The translations under genes and the position numbers were made by a program. The notes under the pieces are model-generated. The model was not told the origin of the DNA. It saw only the letters and a program-made list of their open reading frames with translations, and ran no database searches. This document shows positions 13,209-24,846 of a stretch of 64,000 nt of DNA, in pieces. Each line of letters begins with the position of its first letter. Position 1 is the first letter of the stretch. Origin of the DNA: Cyanophora paradoxa CCMP329 (taxonomy: Eukaryota; Plantae; Glaucophyta); contig QPMI01000560.1 in NCBI GenBank assembly GCA_004431415.1, positions 248,001 to 312,000 of the forward strand, written 5' to 3'.

Positions 13209-13897
13209 GCCGCGGGCGCCTCGACACCGCCCCCATCTTTTTTCCGCTTTTTCCTTTTTTCGCCGGAGGCAGCTTTTTTGTCGGCATCGGCCCCCGCGTT
13301 AGTCGTGCGCGGGGCAGCAAATCCGACGATGCTTCTGGGCACACGAATGAAATCCCCAAAAATTGCCTCGAAGCCCTGCTGCCTCGCCGCCCCGCCGACG
13401 CTTTCGGCTGGCGATCTACACATACGTGCAATCCCGATTGGAAGTCTCATAGCCACAGGAATTTGGACCTAGAATGGACCCGGAGCGGCCCTACTTAGGC
13501 TATGGCCATCACTTGCATCATGGCATCGATATCGATATGTTTTTTGGCGCGGTGGACGTGGACTGGATATGGATTCGGATTCGGACTCGCATGCAGCACT
13601 GGCACTGCGGCAGCCTGGCGGTGCCTGCGCTCGTGGCCAGCGCGCCCCGACTGGCGCGCCCTTTAATTCACCAGGCCCCGGCCCATTGCCACAAATTTGC
13701 CAGTCGTCTGCCTGCGCCCGCTCTATAGCTAGATCTAGATCTCGCCACCAATAGACTGATAGCATTGATCTCGTGTTCGTTTGTGCGCAACAAAGACAAT
13801 ATCCAATATTCAAATAACTGGGTATGAATTCGGGGAAGGGGGGTTGCGGAGCGGGGAGGGTGGGGCCTTCGTGACGGGCAGGGGGAAGGGGGGCTGG

Positions 13898-15367
13898 CTA
13901 GTGGGGCGCGGAGACGCGGGGGCGCCAGGAGGGGGTGGAGGAGGCCGGGGCGGAGGCGGCGGGGGCGAGGCCGCCGGCCTTGGCCTCGAGGTGCTGCATC
14001 ACGTTCGGCGCGAACGAGCGCTGGAAGGTCTTGCCTGCGCCCCGGCGTCAGCCTCCTCGCCGGCGCGGCGGGGCGCGCAAGGGCCGCGGCCCCGCAGGGC
14101 CTCACGGGGCGCACCGGCGGCGGTCTTGCGCTCGGCGCCGCCCCGCTCGGGGCGGGCGCGGTTGAGGACCTGGAGCAGGGCGGAGAAGCGATTCCGCATG
14201 CGCGAGTGCAGGTACGCCTGCCGAACGCCGGCCCGTCGTCCTCGTCGGGGGCGGGCGGGGCGAGGCGGTGCCTGGGGCGGGCGGGGCGGACCTTGGTGCA
14301 CTTGAGGTGGTAGTGGATGTAGTTGCGGAAGCCGAGCAGCGCGGTCGCCACCGCCTCCCGCCGCTCCGCCGCGCCCTCCAGGTTCCGCCGGTACACGCCT
14401 GCGCCCGCCGCCCGCCTCGGCAGCCGCCCTGCAGCCGCCGGGGCGGCGCGGGGCGGCGGGGGCGGCGCACTGAAGGAGACGTAGGCGCAGTCGTCGGCGG
14501 AGGGGGCCTTGGGGGGGAGCTGCCCGACGAGCTCGATGGGCGGCTTGTCGCCGTACTTGACGATCGGCGCCTGCCGCAGCTCCGCCGAGCGCTGCACCTC
14601 CGCGAACTCCTGCGGCGGCCGCCTCGGCGGGGCCCTCCGGGGGGCGGCGCGGGGCGGCGGGGCGCGCCTGCAGGACGACTTTCGCCACGGCGATGTCGTC
14701 CTTCTCGCGGAAGCGGACGGAGAAGACGACGAGGACGCGCTCGTCGTCGGGCTGCGCGGGGCGGATCCAGACGCACTCCTCGGGGCGCCACGGGATGGAG
14801 ATCCACGCGTGCTCCAGCGCCCGCCCCTCCATCAGCGCGTCGAACGCGAGCCGCAGCGGCGCCGCGAGCACGTTCCGCTTCAGGAGCGCGATCGAGTCGT
14901 CCAGCTCGACTGCGCGCGGCGCGCGTCAGCCCCGCCGGCCGCGCGGCCGCTGCGGGCCGAGGGCGCACAGGGAGACGTGTCGCGGCGCAGCTCGACGGTC
15001 ACGTCGAACTCCACAGTCGCGGAGCGCTCGTCGAACGGGTTCAAACGCCAGCGCTCAGGCCCGGGCCGCAGCGCGGAGCCGTAGATCTTCTTCAGCCGGT
15101 CCCGCACGCCGTACTTCTCCAGCGACTTGAAGCAGTCCATCTTCATCGAGATGGTCATGAGATTCGGCTCCTTCTTCCGGTCCGGAACATCCACGCGGTA
15201 GAAGACATCGTCGAAGTCCGTGAACGTGTACGCCTCGATCTCCTCGCCGCTGCAAGCGAAACGATTAAATCCCACGCCTTCCGGAGCAAGTATAAGCGCC
15301 GCAGCGCTCACTTCCTGAACTTCTTGACGATGTCCTCACTGAAGCGGTTGGAAGCGGACAGGAGCAT
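13898..15367 (-). CDS. ARPC2: Arp2/3 complex 34 kDa subunit, multi-exon
   Basis: MLLSASN, FTDFDDVFY, VVFSVRFREKDDIAVAKVVLQ|EF, FRNYIHYHLKCTK|AYLHSRMRNR and KTAAG|KTF match ARPC2 motifs. Confidence 0.9.
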
Positions 15368-15726
15368 CGTGCCCCTTCCGCAGATTGAGCCTCAAGCTAA
15401 CAAGCTGTGTTTCATGCAGCGAGGGCCGCTGCTCACGAACTTCCCGCCGCAGCGCGCCTGTACTTTGAAATGTGAGCAGCGCGACGCACGCCAAGCGCGG
15501 CACACCGTATCTATGCCATTACGGGAGATGGACAGCGGCGCGATGGCCGCTGCCGCGCCGCCCGCCGGCCGGGACCAAGGCGGCGAACCTTGCTCAGCCC
15601 CCGCGCAGGTCGCGGCACAAATCGTTGTTTCGGTCGCTTCGGAAGCGGAATCCTTCAAGCCCAGGTCCCGGCGAGCTGAATTCGGCGATTTCCGCAAAGT
15701 TGCCCGGGTACGCCGCCACAGTTGAC

Positions 15727-18700
15727 ATGCGGCGCGGAACCGGCCCGGCGGCCTCAGGGCCCGCCAGCAACATCGAGGATGCGATCAAGAAGAAGTACAG
15801 GGACCGTCTCTACCAGGATTTCAGGATTGGCGATGAGCTCGCGGCGGCAGTGCGGTGCGCACCAGTCTGCGCTGCGGCGCGTGGCACCGATCGGCCTTTC
15901 GCAGGGATTTCTCAGACGCTGAAGCTCGTGACTTTGCGGAGTCGCTGGCTGTCATGCTGGAGAACGCTCAGGCCGGGAACATCGCCACGCAGGTGCCGTG
16001 CCGTCGATGCACCGCCCGCTGCGTTCGACGCGACGCGTTTATGCGCGCACGCGACGCAGTTCGTCCGCAACGCGGCGCACAACATCTTGGAGCAGTACTC
16101 ATGTGCGTGTCTACCACTAGAATGGAATGAATCGCTGACCCTTCCACGCCATCTCCCGCGTAGTGCTGCGTCAGCTTGATGGTGCCGTGGCGATTGAAGC
16201 ACGAAAGCTCGTCGCTCGGAGGCTCGCGCCCGGCAGCAAGAAGAATGTCATCATCAATGACCAGCTCTTCCGCATCCTGAAGTGCGCTCGCGCAACAGTA
16301 TCGCTGACAGACCGGACCATTCGAGCGATGCTGTTGCGCTGCGCAGGGCGACCGAGCCGAAGGAGGCCGTGGCAAAGCTGCAGGAGATCAGGAACCGGTT
16401 GCGCACCGATGGGCCTTTCATGGACTTCGCTCAGGATCTGTTCCTGCCGGCATTCAAGCCAGGTGCCGTTTTCCGCAGGCCGCCCGCCGCGCGTGCGCTG
16501 ACCGGGCCGCAGATGCCGTGCGGCAGCGGGCGGGGATGGACGGCCAGGGAGGGCAGCACTCGGCGCCGGCGAGCAGGGAGCTGAAGGCCACGCTCCCGGC
16601 GGACGTGCAGCGCGCGGTCGCCGAGATGGAGGCGAGCGTTCGCCTCGCCGACCGCTCCCCCTTCTTCCTGCCCGAGGAGGCCGTACCCCACCTCAAGTGG
16701 GCCTCGCCCCGCCCTCCTCCCGCCCCTTGCCGCCGCCCGCCGACCCGTCGCAGGGCTCTGGATACTGCCACGCAGCTGATGGTCCGCCCTGGCCGCGCCT
16801 CGGCCGGGGCCCAGCGCCGGCCTCTGACTGGGCGGCGCAGGTGCTCTCGGCTGCGAACGAGGGCATCAAGGCAGGCGTCGCTCGCACGCCGGTCTTCCTC
16901 TGCAACTACCTCCGCAACCTCGCCACCCGCGCCTCCGGTACCCCCGCCCCGCCCCGCTCCGCCCCGCCCCGGGGCCCCGCCCCCGCCTGACCCTTCGGGC
17001 AGACGCCGTGGCGTCGAACGTGCCGACGCCCCTCGTGCGGCGGCTGCTGCGGCTGGAGTCCTCGGCGGCGCAGCAGGCCGGCGCGGGGGCCGGGGGCGGG
17101 CAGCAGCAGCGCTGGTCCGGCACCCTCTTCGTGCGCTACCAGGTCATCATGCCCCTCGCGTGCGTCCCGCCCACGCGCCCCCCTGCCCGCCCTCTCCCCC
17201 GCGCTGAGAGCCTCCGGCCGGGCGCGCTGGCAGGCGGCTGCCGGAGGAGGCGGCCCGGGCGGTGCTGGACACGGTCGTCTCGGACCTGGCGCAGAACTTC
17301 GGCTGCAGGCCCTTCGGCAACCACCTCGCCGTGAGCACGCCCGCCGCGCTGCCCGCGCTGCTTGCGCCCCGGGGCCGACGGGGCGGGGCGGGCAGTACTT
17401 CGCGGGGGTGTGCCGGGCCGTGGCGGGGCGGCTCCCCGCGCACGCGGCCGCCCTCGAGGCGGCTTCCGCGACCATCGAGCGCAGCGTCTCCCAGAGCCCG
17501 CCCTCGGCGCCCCGCCCCGGCGCCCTCGCCGTCTCCGCCCCCTCCTCGGGCTCCTTCGAGAGCGCCGGCCCCGCGTCGCCCTCCGCGGCCAGCGCCGGCC
17601 CCGCCGCCTCCAGCCCCGTCCTCCCCAGGGACCTCTCCGGTGCGTGGCGGCGAGGGCGGCCCCCGTCCTCGCGCCGGCCGGGGCCGACGGGGGCGGGCGC
17701 AGCGGAGGGGATCTTGCGCGCGCTCCCGCCGGGCGTCGGGGAGTCCCTGGCGCGCATCGAGGCGGCGCGGGGGCCGGCGGGGGGCAGCCCCGGCGGCCCC
17801 GCCGAATCGCCCCGCGCCGACACCACCCTCCTCCGCACCCTCCTGTCCGCCCCGCCCCGCGCCGCGCCGCCGTGCCGGCTCCACGCGCGGGGCTGACGGG
17901 GGGCGGGGCCAGGGAGGCGGGCCCGGATGCGGAGCTGGTGGCGGGGGTGCTGGCGGAGATGGCGGGGGCCGGACTCGCGCCGGACGCCCGCTCACTGCGC
18001 GCGCACGCCAACAGCCTCGTCGTCCGCGCCTCCAGTGCGCCCCGGCCGCCCCCGCCCCGCGCAGCTCGCGCGGCGTCCGGCTGACGGCGCCGCTGGCGAG
18101 CAGACAGCGCGGGGATGGACGAGGAGGTGCGGGGGCGGCTGCTGCGCCTCGAGCTCTTCGTCAACCCCGAGGCCGGCGGCGCCACGCTCCCCCGTCCCGG
18201 CTCCTCCTCGCCCCGGCGCGCCCCTCGCAGCCGCGCCCGCGGGGCGACCTGAGCGTGCGGCTGCCGCCGGAGACGATCGGGCGGCTGCGCGGGGCGGGCC
18301 GCGAGCCCGCCCTCCGCGCCCTCGAGCTCCTCGTCGGCGAGCTCAGCGCCGCCGCCGTCGCCGAGGCCCCGGCCGCCGGCTGGTCCCCGGCGCCACCGCC
18401 GGCCGCCTCCTCGACCGCATCCTCGCCGAGCTCGCCCCCGCCCCAACGGGCCCGCCCGCGCGCCCCCGCCCCGGCCGCCGCCTCGGGCCAGCGCGGCCCG
18501 TGGGCGGCGGCCGCCGCCGCCGGCGCCAGCCGCGGCAGCGACTCCCTCTCCCCGCCGGCGGCGCCGCCCGTCGCGCCGCCCCCGGCCAGCTCCGCAGCCT
18601 GGCCGCCCCTCTCCGCCACAGCGCCGGCTGCGCCCGCGCAGTGGCCCGTCCCGCAGCCGGCCCCGGTCCCCGCCGCTGAGAGCCGCTCCGCTCCCCCGGG

Positions 18701-20372
18701 CCCAGCCGGCGCCCCCGCCTCTCCCGCCCGCCCCGCCGCATCCGGTCCCGCCATCCCGCCCTCGCAAGGCCTCCCGTCCTCCGCCGCCCCCGCCCCCGCG
18801 CCCTCGACAGGCGCACCGAACCCCCCGCCTGGCTTCGCGCCTCAGCCGCAGCAGCGCGCGGAGGCCGCGCCGTCGGCGCCGGCCGGCCCGTCGCACGGGG
18901 GGGAGGCGGCGGAGCTGCGGGCGCTGGTGGAGGAGCTGCGGGCGCAGAAGAAGGCGCTGGAGGGGGAGGCGGCGGGGCTGAAGCAGATGCTGCGCCAGGC
19001 GCACGAGAGCGAGCAGGCGCTGCAGACGGAGGTCGTCGGCATGCGCATCGAGGCCGGCCAGCTGCGCGGCGAGCTCGACGAGGCCCGCGCCGAGCGGGCG
19101 GCCCTGCAGCACGAGCTCAACGCGGCGGTCGCCAGCGCGCAGGAGGCGCAGGCGATGCTCGAGGAGGTCTCCGAGAACGCCCGCAACGCCGCCGCCTCCG
19201 AGACCGCCGAGCTCCACGCCCTCCACGCCCGCATCGGTGCCCCACGCCGCCCTCGAGGCCCCGCCCCCCGCTCCCGGGCGCCTCTGACCGCGGCCGGCCC
19301 CGCAGAGCGGCTGGAGGAGGAGAAGGAGCGGCTGGCGCGGGAGCTCGAGGCGAGCCAGCGCTCCTGCGCCGACCTGCAGGTCCGGCCTGCGCCGCCCTGC
19401 CCTCATCGGCCTTGCTCTCGCCCCTTCTCACGCGCGCCGCCAGCTGCGCTTCTCGTCCATCGCCGCCTTCCTGCCCCAGGCCACGCCGGCGGCCATCGCC
19501 GTCCCGCACCCCGCCGCCGCCGGCCCCCACGCCTCGCCCCCCACCACCCCCCACGCCCCCGGCATCGCCCCCAACGCCCCGGCGCCCCGCCCGCTCCCGC
19601 CCCCGCCGCCCCGCACTGGCCGCCCCGCCCTGCTGGCCCCGGCCAGATCCCCTACGCGCCGTACCCCTACGGCTACGGCCCGGGGCTCCCGGCGGCCCCG
19701 CCCGCGTGGGTGCACCCCGCGTACGGGGCGCAGTACCCCGGCGGGTACGGCGCCTCGGTCCCGCTGGTGTGGGACCACGCGAGCCAGCGCTACGTCCCGG
19801 CGCTGCCGGCCGCGGCGGCGGCGGCGCACGCGGCGCAGGCAGGCAAGGGCGGCCCGCTGGCGGCGCTGCTGGCGGACGCGCGGTGGCAGCCCGGGGCGCT
19901 CTGCGGGCAGATCGCGGCGCTCGCCTCCGAGGGGGACGAGGGCGCCGGCATCGGCTCCCCGCCGAGCCTCGTCCCGAGCCTCTCCCCCGCCGAGGCGGCC
20001 GCCACGGGCGCCTCGCTCGCCATCACCCTCGTCCCCTGCCTCTCGACCTCGACGGTGGAGCAGCCGCATTTCGACCCGAACGCCTGCCGCGACGCCTACA
20101 ACGCGGTGCGGGCCGTGGGCGCCCGCGCCGTGCAGCTCGTGGTGATGCAGGACGTGGGGGAGGAGGAGGCGGGGCGGGCGGCGGCGCACACGTTCACGCT
20201 GCCCGAGGTCCCCGGGATGCAGGCGCCCGACGGGCGCCGGGTGCAGGCCTACCGCCTCCTCCGCAACGCGCAGGACGGGAGTCTACACGAGGTCCCCGCC
20301 AACCGCGCCGCCGCCCGCGCCCTCCTCCGCGCCGCCGAGGCCGCCCGCCCCGCCCAGCACCCCCAGCAGTAG
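15727..20372 (+). CDS. Large hypothetical protein (helical N-terminus, Pro-rich linker, coiled coil, Tyr/Pro/Gly segment, globular C-terminus)
   Basis: Consistent in-frame exon chain with G(T/C)-AG introns from MRRGTGPAASG to AQHPQQ*; heptad-rich segment at about 18900-19380. Confidence 0.6.
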
Positions 20373-20663
20373 CCCCGCGCCCAAGGGGGGCCGAGCGCAG
20401 TCGCGCGGCCCCAATTTTCTGAGTATGCATATGTCTATTCGAGTTCACAGGCTTTCTTTGATCGATCGGCGCGGCGTGCACGAGGAGGTCCAGCGGGAAG
20501 GACGAGGAGAGCTGGAGGGGCCCATGGCCAGGAGGGGAGGCGGGGCCGGGGGTAGTGGGGATCACTTCGTGCGCGATCAAAAGTCGTTCAGCGCCGCGGC
20601 CCGAGCAACTCGAGCTCAAAGACGCACCTCAAGCTGAGCTTATGCGATAGTGTCGAGAGTCCC

Positions 20664-22324
20664 ATGCCCACGGCGTCCGATTTGAGCTCGAGCGAGGCCG
20701 GGCTGAGCGAGGCGGGGCCGAGCAGCGCAGGTTTGGGCAGCAGCGCGCCCAAACCTGCGCCGACGAGCTCGGCCGTGGTGCCCGCCGTCGATCGGAGCTC
20801 CGCGCCGGAGTATGCGGTTGACATGCGCTCGCTCTTCGTGGAGTACGAGCGCGTGAGTTCCAGCGCCCGCCCGACCGGTCGCGCGCTCACGGGTGCGGCG
20901 CAGCGGAAGGACAACTCCTTCGACGGTTTCAAAGAGGCGTGGAAGGCGCTCAACTTCAGCACCATCTTCCGCGGTCGCCCGCCGGACATGGAAGATCGGG
21001 AATACGTTCGCGCCCTCGCCTCCCTGTGCTTCGGTGAGCGGCGTGCCCCTGCGCGGCTGCAGGCGCGCCTCGTCTGACGCGGGCGGCAGGCTACCTCGGC
21101 CAGGCGCTGCACCTGCGCTGCGGCGTGGTCTACGCCCTCTACCTGCTGTACTCGACGCAGCCGTACAAGCCCAAGATGCGCATCGGCCTGTCCATCGGTG
21201 CGCTCTGCGCCCCGCACGTAGCACTCTCGTTTGTGGCGAGCGCTTGATTGCAGATCTGTGGAAGGACCTGCGGAAGATTCAGGAGGAGGCGCGGGCGGCG
21301 GGCGCCCCCGACGCCGCGGATCTCGTCGACACGATGATCCACGGCGTGCGGGCCTTCAGCCTCTGCGCCGCCATTCACGTCAACACGGCTGCGGCCGACA
21401 TGCACCTCTCCCGCGCCGCCCGCGATGCCATGTGCAGCCCGGCCCGCCCGCGCGCACGCGCCGGGGCACGGGGGCCGACGCGTATGCGGCAGGACCGCGC
21501 AGCGGGCGATGGAGGAGGTGCCGCCGGAGGCGAAGCGGACCGACCGCCTGGCGAGCCGCGCGCGCCCCGCCCCGGCCGCGCGCGGGGGAGCTGAGCGGAG
21601 CGCAGAAGGGGCTGCTGGACCTGGAGTCCCTGGAGCGCATCAACGGGGAGTACATGCAGCTGCGGGAGCTCGTGGCCGTGGCGCGGCCCTCGCTGCCCCC
21701 GGAGGCCGTCGTTCCCTTCGTGCAGAGCCACAACACCGCCCGCCAGACCGCCGCCCTCGCCCTCGTGCGCGCGCCCCCCGGCGCCTTCCGCCGCTCGCCC
21801 CTCACGCCCCGCAGTCCAACTCCGAGTTCGTCAAGGAGCTCGGAGGTGCGCAACTGTGGGCGTCGCGCGCCTGCTTCCCGCGCTCACGCGGCTCCGCGGC
21901 GCGCGCGCAGAGGCGCGGGAGCTGCACGAGCTGGCGGGGGCGGCGGCGCGCCACAAGCTCCCCAAGCCGCCCGCAGCCTCGTCGTCCACGACCCCCGCCC
22001 CGGCCCCGAAGCGCCGCCCCGCCCGCCCCCGCGCCCCCGCCCCGCCTCTGGCCCGTCTCGGAGGCGGAGGGCGCGGAGACGCCCGAGGGGGAGGCCCGCC
22101 CGGCGCAGCGCGCCCGGGGCGAGAGCTCCTCGGAAGAGGCATCCGCCGCCGCGGCCGAGGCGCGGGCCTCGCCTGCGCCGGGGCGGCGGGCGGGGGCCTC
22201 GTACGCGTCGGGGGCCGAGGAGGAGGAGCTGGAGGACGTGCCCGACCTCTTCGCCCTCGCCGGCCGCCTCCCCCTCGCCGCCCCCGCCCCCGCCCCCGGC
22301 CCGGACCCGGGACCCGCCCCCTGA
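20664..22324 (+). CDS. SNAPC1: snRNA-activating protein complex subunit 1 (SNAP43/SRD2-like), multi-exon
   Basis: FDGFKEAWKALNFSTIFRG, RCGVVYALYLLYSTQP and KMRIGLSI|DLW match the SNAPC1 N-terminal pattern. Confidence 0.75.
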
Positions 22325-22494
22325 TCCGCCGCCTCGGCTCGGCTGGCGCTGGCTAGTTCTTACGTTGCGCTTCTTAAAGCTTAGTCCTGCCAATACATAC
22401 TACAATAGGCGACGCGGCGTGCTGCACTGGGTATACTATAAGTAGTAAAAAGGGGCCGGCGGCGGGGCGAACGACCCCGGGCGCGGGCGACGGT

Positions 22495-24625
22495 TCAGAG
22501 GATGAGGAGGAGGGCGGCGCAGATGGCGAGGACGCGGCCGTTGCCCTCGGAGGGGCGGCGGTCGGCGGCGGCCTCCTTGGCCGAGGCGCGCAGGAACGTG
22601 ATCTCGGCCTCCAGCGCGCCGGCCCGCGCCTGCTCCGCCTCCAGCGCCCCCGCCGCCGCCTCGCGCGCCGCCCGCAGCTCGCCCTCCCGCGCCGCAGCTG
22701 CCCCGCCAGCTCCTCCGCCCGCCGCCCCGCCGCCGCCGCCGCCGCCGCGCCCGACTGCGCCGCCTCGCGGGCCGCCCGCAGCTCGTCGGCGCGGCCGGCG
22801 CGGGCGGCGGCCTCGGCGGCCGTGGCGGCCTCGCGGGCGGCCTCGGCCTGGGCGCGCTGGGCCTCGGCGGCCTGGGCGCGCTGGGCGGCCTCGGCGGCGG
22901 CGGCCTCCTGGTGGGCGAGGCGCTCGGCGTGGAGGCGGGAGGCCTCCTCGGCCTCGCGCAGCTGCTGCTGGAGCTCCGCGATGCGCGACGAGGCGACGGC
23001 GAGCTGCGCGCTCAGCTCGTTCGTCGCCCGCGCCTCCGCGTCCAGGCTCGCCTGCCCCGCCCCACGTCAGCGCCCCGCCGGCCCCCGCCCCGCCGCGGCG
23101 CCCGCACCTGGGCGTGCCGGAGGCGGCCGTAGAGGTCGTGCTCCGCGATCGCCGCGATGGCGCAGTGGCCCCGCGTGACTGCGCGGCGGGCCCTCGGCGC
23201 CGGCTGGGAAGGCGGGGCGGGGCGGGGCGGGGCGGGGTGGGGTACGCACGCTCGGCCTCCTTCTGGAGGACGTCGACCTGCGTGCGCAGGTACGCCACCT
23301 CCGCCCTGCGCGCCGGCTGTGAGGAGGGGCGCAAGCGGGGCGCAGGGGGGCCGGGCGGGCGCACAGGGCGGGGGCAGCGGCGGCGGCGTAGGCGGCGACG
23401 GATCCCGAGTCGCAGGACTCGGCGCGGGAGAGGGTCCCGTCGAAGAAGGGCGGGTGCGGCTCGTAGTACTCCAGCGGCCTGCGGGGCGCTCGGGGCCGGC
23501 CGGCGTCGCGGGCGAGTGCGCCGGCGCACCGGAAGGCGTTGTTGGGCGAGGCGACGCCGCTGCCGGGGCAGCAGCCCGTGGAGACCGTCGGCGCCAGCGC
23601 GCTGTACGTTGGCGATACGCCCGCCAGCGCCGGCGTCGACCTGCCGCCAGCCCGTCGGAGGGCGCGAGCGGGCGGGCGCCGTGCGGCGGTGCGGCGTGCG
23701 GGCGCACGCGCGGGAGGAGGCGGAGGAGAGGAAGCGGTCGGAGGTGGGCGGCGTCGTGAGCAGGTTCTGCATCTCCTCCTCCACGGGCGCGCTCGCCGGC
23801 GCGGCGTGGCCCTCCCCCGGCGCGGCGTTGCCCTCCCCCGGCGCCTGGTAGCTCGGCCTCGGGAGCCGCTTCGGGCGCGGCTCGACGCTCGCGGATGCGT
23901 CCCACCGCTCCTCCTCCGGTGTGCCGTAGACCAGAAGCGCAGGGCTGCTCTCCGCGCCGCCCGCGCGCCTCGCGGCCTCCAGCGACTCCGCAGAGAGGTC
24001 AAAGTCGTAGCTGGGCGCACGATCAGAGGGAAACCAGAGGGAGGGAGGGAAGCGACTCACACTCGCACGTCCACCAAGGTCCGGCTCGTCCTCGTCTTCG
24101 CGCGGACGACGATCTGTGCGGGAGGCCGTGAGATCCCGTGCACGACGCGATCACGGGCGGTCTCACCTTCGCTACGTTCTTCGATGCCAAGTGCTGGGCC
24201 ATGTAATCTCCTATCTGATGAAGGCGTCGACTGCGGGAGGGCCAAGTCGGCAAAGGGACGGGGGAGCTCACGAGGTTGCGCCTCGCCCCCAGATCCTTGA
24301 ACTGCTTGGAGAAGAGAATCTCGAACATGTCCAGGGCTGCAGGCTGTTCAGGCGCACCCCAAGCGAATGGGCCGGCCGTCGCGTTCAAAGACTAACCGAC
24401 GTCGAGACGACGAAACTTGCCGTCCGCGGACTTCGACATGTGGACAGACACCCAGCGCTGGAGCGGTTCACGCCACGGGAGTCCAATGGGCGGCTGGCAC
24501 GAAATTCACATTCGAGTCTCACACATTCGACTCACACATATACCGACCTTTGCAATCTGTGTTGAATTCATTGCTGTCCCAGTCTTCGTCAGGGGCGCCA
24601 CCGCCGCCGGCGCAACCGCTGCCAT
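22495..24625 (-). CDS. Hypothetical coiled-coil protein with a C-terminal hydrophobic tail
   Basis: Exon chain MAAVAP...IAK|PPIG...LD|PAALDMFEILFSKQF...|IVVRAKT...VRV|YDFDL; Ala/Glu coiled coil; ends RVLAICAALLLIL*. Confidence 0.55.
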
Positions 24626-24846
24626 TTTGCTTCCCGCTTTTTGAAACCTGCACAAAAAAGAACGCCAGGGTACAGGCAAGAAGCAGACCATTGCCCGGCG
24701 TTCCACCGCGCGCTGTTCCACCGCGTTCTGTTCGAATCAGTAGCGCGCTCCAAAATCTTTGGAGGTCGCGGACGCGACACGGCGGATGACAGCGGACCCG
24801 CGGTAGCAGCCAGGCGATCGGAGCGTGAGAAGTGACTGAGGACGAT

